Positions 60,141 through 64,000 of a stretch of 64,000 nt of DNA are shown one piece after another (positions within the stretch are counted from its first letter, which is position 1; every line of letters begins with the position of its first letter). The DNA is from Chiloscyllium plagiosum (lineage: Eukaryota): NCBI RefSeq assembly GCF_004010195.1, contig NC_057716.1, forward strand, positions 45,747,329 through 45,811,328. Reading direction: 5' to 3'. A model generated the notes under the pieces. It saw only the letters and a program-made list of their open reading frames with translations, did no database searches and was not told where the DNA came from. A program made the position numbers and the translations under genes.

Positions 60141-62082
60141 TCCTTATGACACATAATAACCATCAAGCTAGAGATTTTTGGCACTTCTGTAGTGGTCTAC
60201 TGAACATGTATGCTGGGAAATATTCAAGGATGGAGCTGCTTTCTTTTGTGCTTTTGGTTTTGTATCTGGTTGCTTCAAGTTGATTACATTGTATGGTAAT
60301 ATTTGGTCAGGGGAGCAATTTTACAAAACTGCAACTAAACATCATATTTCCAATAAACAGTTCTATGCTGGAATAGAGTTTAACTTGGTTGCACCAGCCA
60401 AATTTAAGGTATGATGTAATGAAAAACAGGTTCTCCAACACATCACAAAACCATCTTAGGAGTCAGAAAGGAATTAAGCTAGCCTGCAGGAAAAGTAATT
60501 GCTCTACTAAGAACAGATCAGACAAATTCCTCAAGGCACTGTATATCCGTTCCTGCTAAGTGTTCAAGATTTCTCTGTGGGGCCTCAGTTCTAGCAGTCA
60601 GTGACTACTACACAATTCTCATTTCACACAATCTCAGCACAGCTGGAGTGCATCAAATCCTAATACTCCATTTGGTCATTTCATGACACCATCATGCCAC
60701 ATTGTTCTCTACCTTTCACTAGATCTATTAAATTCAATTGTTCCACACCATAATAACTTCGGCAAGTTTCCTTTGGACTCACAAATGATGTACTACGAAG
60801 TGCTGACAGAGAGTGTTCTTTCCATTTTGGGAGCTGGGTGGATGGAGATAAGCGCCTGATTTATAAAGAACTGAATTTCCAGATATGAAAATGTGATTGA
60901 AGTTTGCAGGCCTCCCACAGAGCATGCAAAAGCCTTATTAGAGCACTGAAATTAATGCTAATGGGTCCCATAATGCATTTAACAATGTTTCTCACCTCAT
61001 CACTCTTTTGGCACTGTTTGCCAGTTTAAAACAAGCACTAGCAGGATTTGCTAGTCTGCCTTAGAGAAGTTGGATTCTCGTAGCTGACTCTTTAGGACAA
61101 AGTTTCAATTTTCTTCCTTTAAAATAATTTCATTTGTATTATATATTTTCTGTCACTTGTCAGATTGTTGCTGGCACTTGCAGCTAGATTGCTGCATTTT
61201 CAAAATGATTTTACACCAACATTTTCCCCATAGCACAGTTGCTTACAGCAGCTGCTTCATTAGCAGTAACCAGAGTGTTAAGCAGAGCATTTTTATTGCG
61301 CATTCCAATGCTGTTCTGGATGTGAAGAAGGAAAGAAAGAGGACTGCATGCAGAGGGAACAAATGCACATCGAATTGTATCTCAAAATTATAACAGCTAC
61401 TTGGTTCCAATCCAGCAGTCAACTTTTAAGGTCTAGGCAAACCATGAAGAGATCTGTCTTCCTCATCAACACTTCATATGGGAGTTATACAGGTTTGGAT
61501 TTTGCAATTAGCAACAATGTAACTGCACTTACCATTTATCATGCTTACAGTTGCCCAGAATTTTCATGGACATTTGAACAGAAACTTACAGCTACAAGAG
61601 ATCCTTTTCAGCATTCTCTTTTAGGGATCTATGATGTTTGTCCTGCTCATACACATATCATTTTAGGCGGATTGAACAATCCTTAAAAACAGACAGGTTG
61701 CAAGATCAGTTTGACAGTTTGGGTGACTTAAGCACTACATTGGTTGGATAAGGAAAAGATTTGGGGCAGGTCCACTCCTGAAGACTTCAGACCACCGACT
61801 CCCACAGCTACCTGGATTACACCTCTTCCCACCCTACCTCTTGCAAAAATGCCATCCCGTATTCCCAATTCCTCCGCCTCCGCCGTATCTGCTCCCAGGA
61901 GGAGCGGTTCCACCATAGAACACACCAGATGGCCTCCTTCTTTAGAGACTGCAATTTCCCTTCCCACGTGGTTAAAGATGCCCTCCAACGCATCTCATCC
62001 ACATCCCGCACCTCCGCCCCCAGACCCAACCCCTCCAACCGCAACAAGGACAGAACGCCCCTGGTGCACACCTTCCACCCTA

Positions 62083-62567
62083 NNNNNNNNNNNNNNNNNN
62101 NNNNNNNNNNNNNNNNNNNNNNNNNNNNNNNNNNNNNNNNNNNNNNNNNNNNNNNNNNNNNNNNNNNNNNNNNNNNNNNNNNNNNNNNNNNNNNNNNNNN
62201 NNNNNNNNNNNNNNNNNNNNNNNNNNNNNNNNNNNNNNNNNNNNNNNNNNNNNNNNNNNNNNNNNNNNNNNNNNNNNNNNNNNNNNNNNNNNNNNNNNNN
62301 NNNNNNNNNNNNNNNNNNNNNNNNNNNNNNNNNNNNNNNNNNNNNNNNNNNNNNNNNNNNNNNNNNNNNNNNNNNNNNNNNNNNNNNNNNNNNNNNNNNN
62401 NNNNNNNNNNNNNNNNNNNNNNNNNNNNNNNNNNNNNNNNNNNNNNNNNNNNNNNNNNNNNNNNNNNNNNNNNNNNNNNNNNNNNNNNNNNNNNNNNNNN
62501 NNNNNNNNNNNNNNNNNNNNNNNNNNNNNNNNNNNNNNNNNNNNNNNNNNNNNNNNNNNNNNNNNNN
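62083..62567. other. Assembly gap (N run)
   Basis: 485 N. Confidence 0.99.
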
Positions 62568-62630
62568 ACTCTCTCCCCACCCCTACCCTCCTCTAGCTTA
62601 TCTCTCCACGCTTCAGGCTCTCTGCCTTTA

Positions 62631-62666
62631 TTCCTGATGAAGGGCTTTTGCCCGAAACGTCGATTT
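62631..62666 (+). ncRNA. Minimal hammerhead ribozyme motif
   Basis: Intact CUGAUGA and GAAA core, 4-bp GC helix II with UUUU loop, ACGU helix III, GUC cleavage triplet; helix I is weak. Confidence 0.68.
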
Positions 62667-63039
62667 TGCCTGTCCTCGGATGCTGCCTGAATTGCTGTGC
62701 TCTTCCAGCACCAATGACACCCAGTGAACCAACTTAACCTTTTATTGTATGGGACTGCTTCAAACATCACTATCTGTAATGATGAAATTCAAACTCATGC
62801 CCCCAGAACATTTGTCTTGGGTTGAAGATTACTAGTTCAATGATACCACTACACTCACCATTATCTTCCTTTCCTGTCATTTTAAAACAAACTGTAATCA
62901 GATAGCCAGCCCCGATACAGCACCATAACAAAAATAAAATCAAACGGTCAATGGAAATGTACAGAAACAAATGGAACCTTATCAAAATCAAATCAAAACA
63001 TTGTTGTCTGGGGTGAAATTTCATCCCAGGCTGGTCCCT

Positions 63040-63142
63040 AAAAATAAAAACAGAAAAACTGCGGATGTTGTAAATCAGCAACAAAAACAGAAATTGCTGA
63101 AAAAGCTCAGCAGGTCTGGCAGCGTCGAGCGACCCTTCCTCA
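63040..63142 (-). mobile_element. Family C fragment
   Basis: aaaacagaaattgctgaaaaagctcagcaggtctggcagc...gacccttcctca. Confidence 0.7.
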
Positions 63143-63316
63143 AAATGGCCGAAAAATCTCTACTATATCAATGGGCACCACATATTCCTTCTCAGTGGAC
63201 GTCCAAATGTCAATGTAATTGGGGAAAAGGGGCTGACAGTCAGGTACTGAGCGCTCCTCCATGATCTGCTGCCTGCTCGTGTTGATGGTCACTTTAGCCA
63301 GGCCCCGGAAGAGATT

Positions 63317-63434
63317 TGAGCTGAAAATGTGTTGCTGGAAAAGCGCAGCAGGTCAGGCAGCATCCAAGGCACAGGAGAATCGACGTTTCGGGCATAAGCC
63401 CTTCTTCACTTCTTCACTGCAGTCCTCACTTTCT
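63317..63434. mobile_element. Family A palindromic element with right arm deleted
   Basis: Left arm like 32241-32327 joined directly to the tail ctgcagtcctcactttct; TSD cccggaagagatt at 63304-63316 and 63435-63447. Confidence 0.85.
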
Positions 63435-64000
63435 CCCGGAAGAGATTCTCCTATCAGCCCACACCAATTCACACATAGGGCTGATAGTTTAATTAGGAGC
63501 CGAAGTGCAACCAATCATTTAAAAGCAGCCTCTTTTTAAAAAAAACTGAACAGGGGCTGCAAATGAAAACACTGAACATGAACACAGAATACTGTTCCGT
63601 CTAGGTCACAAACCTGGCACTCTGTGAAGCTAATTAATCTCTTATCCCTTGGGAGTGCTGTATGCAACATTTGTCACCTGAGGTTGTCAATGGAAAGGGG
63701 CAGGACCCCCTATAGAGGCTGTTCCACTAGGGATGTCTGTTCTTTTTCTAATTTTTTTTCATGGCAATGTTTATGTGGTCTCCATTACACATAAACATTT
63801 ATTGAATTAAAAGTTTCACTATTTCCTATGATGGTGGTTCTGGACTCCTGACCAGTGAAATTACCACTATGCCAATACCTACTCGCTATTCCTCGTTCTA
63901 TACCCAGTTTAAGGGCTATTTGATCAACATTGGTTGAGGATGAATCACTGGTGATTCTTAACAAGAAAAGTAATTTGACTTACCAAGATAAGGTTTATTA

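Larger units (their letters stand above)
61785..62714 (+). mobile_element. Young Neptune-like Penelope element (RT C-terminus, gap, pLTR with hammerhead)
   Basis: TDSHSYLDYTSSHP.SCKNAIPYSQFLRLRRICS...PLVHTFHP; after the gap CTGATGA-a-GGGC-tttt-GCCC-GAA-ACGT-C (62634-62661). Confidence 0.85.

Noticed and set aside
61744-62770. Long ORFs of 166-317 aa
   Set aside because: Artefacts of translating the N gap; the real coding part is Penelope RT.
45528-64000. JAZF1-like exon 1 (MTGIAA...HIEDNHI-like)
   Set aside because: No matching coding sequence or CpG island found by eye; presumably beyond the window.

Overview
Eukaryotic genomic DNA, almost certainly a shark or other elasmobranch: it carries HE1-type SINEs, abundant CR1 LINE 3' ends, Rex1, Penelope-like and Harbinger elements. 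The one clear host gene is a JAZF1-family C2H2 zinc-finger gene on the minus strand. Four coding exons (45455-45527, 28130-28326, 24626-24795, 21275-21451) have clean GT-AG junctions and join in frame; exon 1 was not found and probably lies beyond 64000. The protein is divergent enough in exon 3 to be a JAZF1 paralog rather than the orthologue, and it may have a ~10 kb 3'UTR ending near 11415. A candidate TATA promoter and first exon of a second minus-strand gene sits at ~2200-2360. The most striking non-coding signal is a set of short Penelope-derived elements from four sequence families, each carrying a minimal hammerhead ribozyme core (CUGANGA-helix II-GAAA-palindromic helix III). Several are head-to-head palindromes flanked by 8-18 bp target-site duplications. 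Repeat boundaries are approximate unless TSDs are quoted; family names come from recognising motifs by eye, not from database searches.
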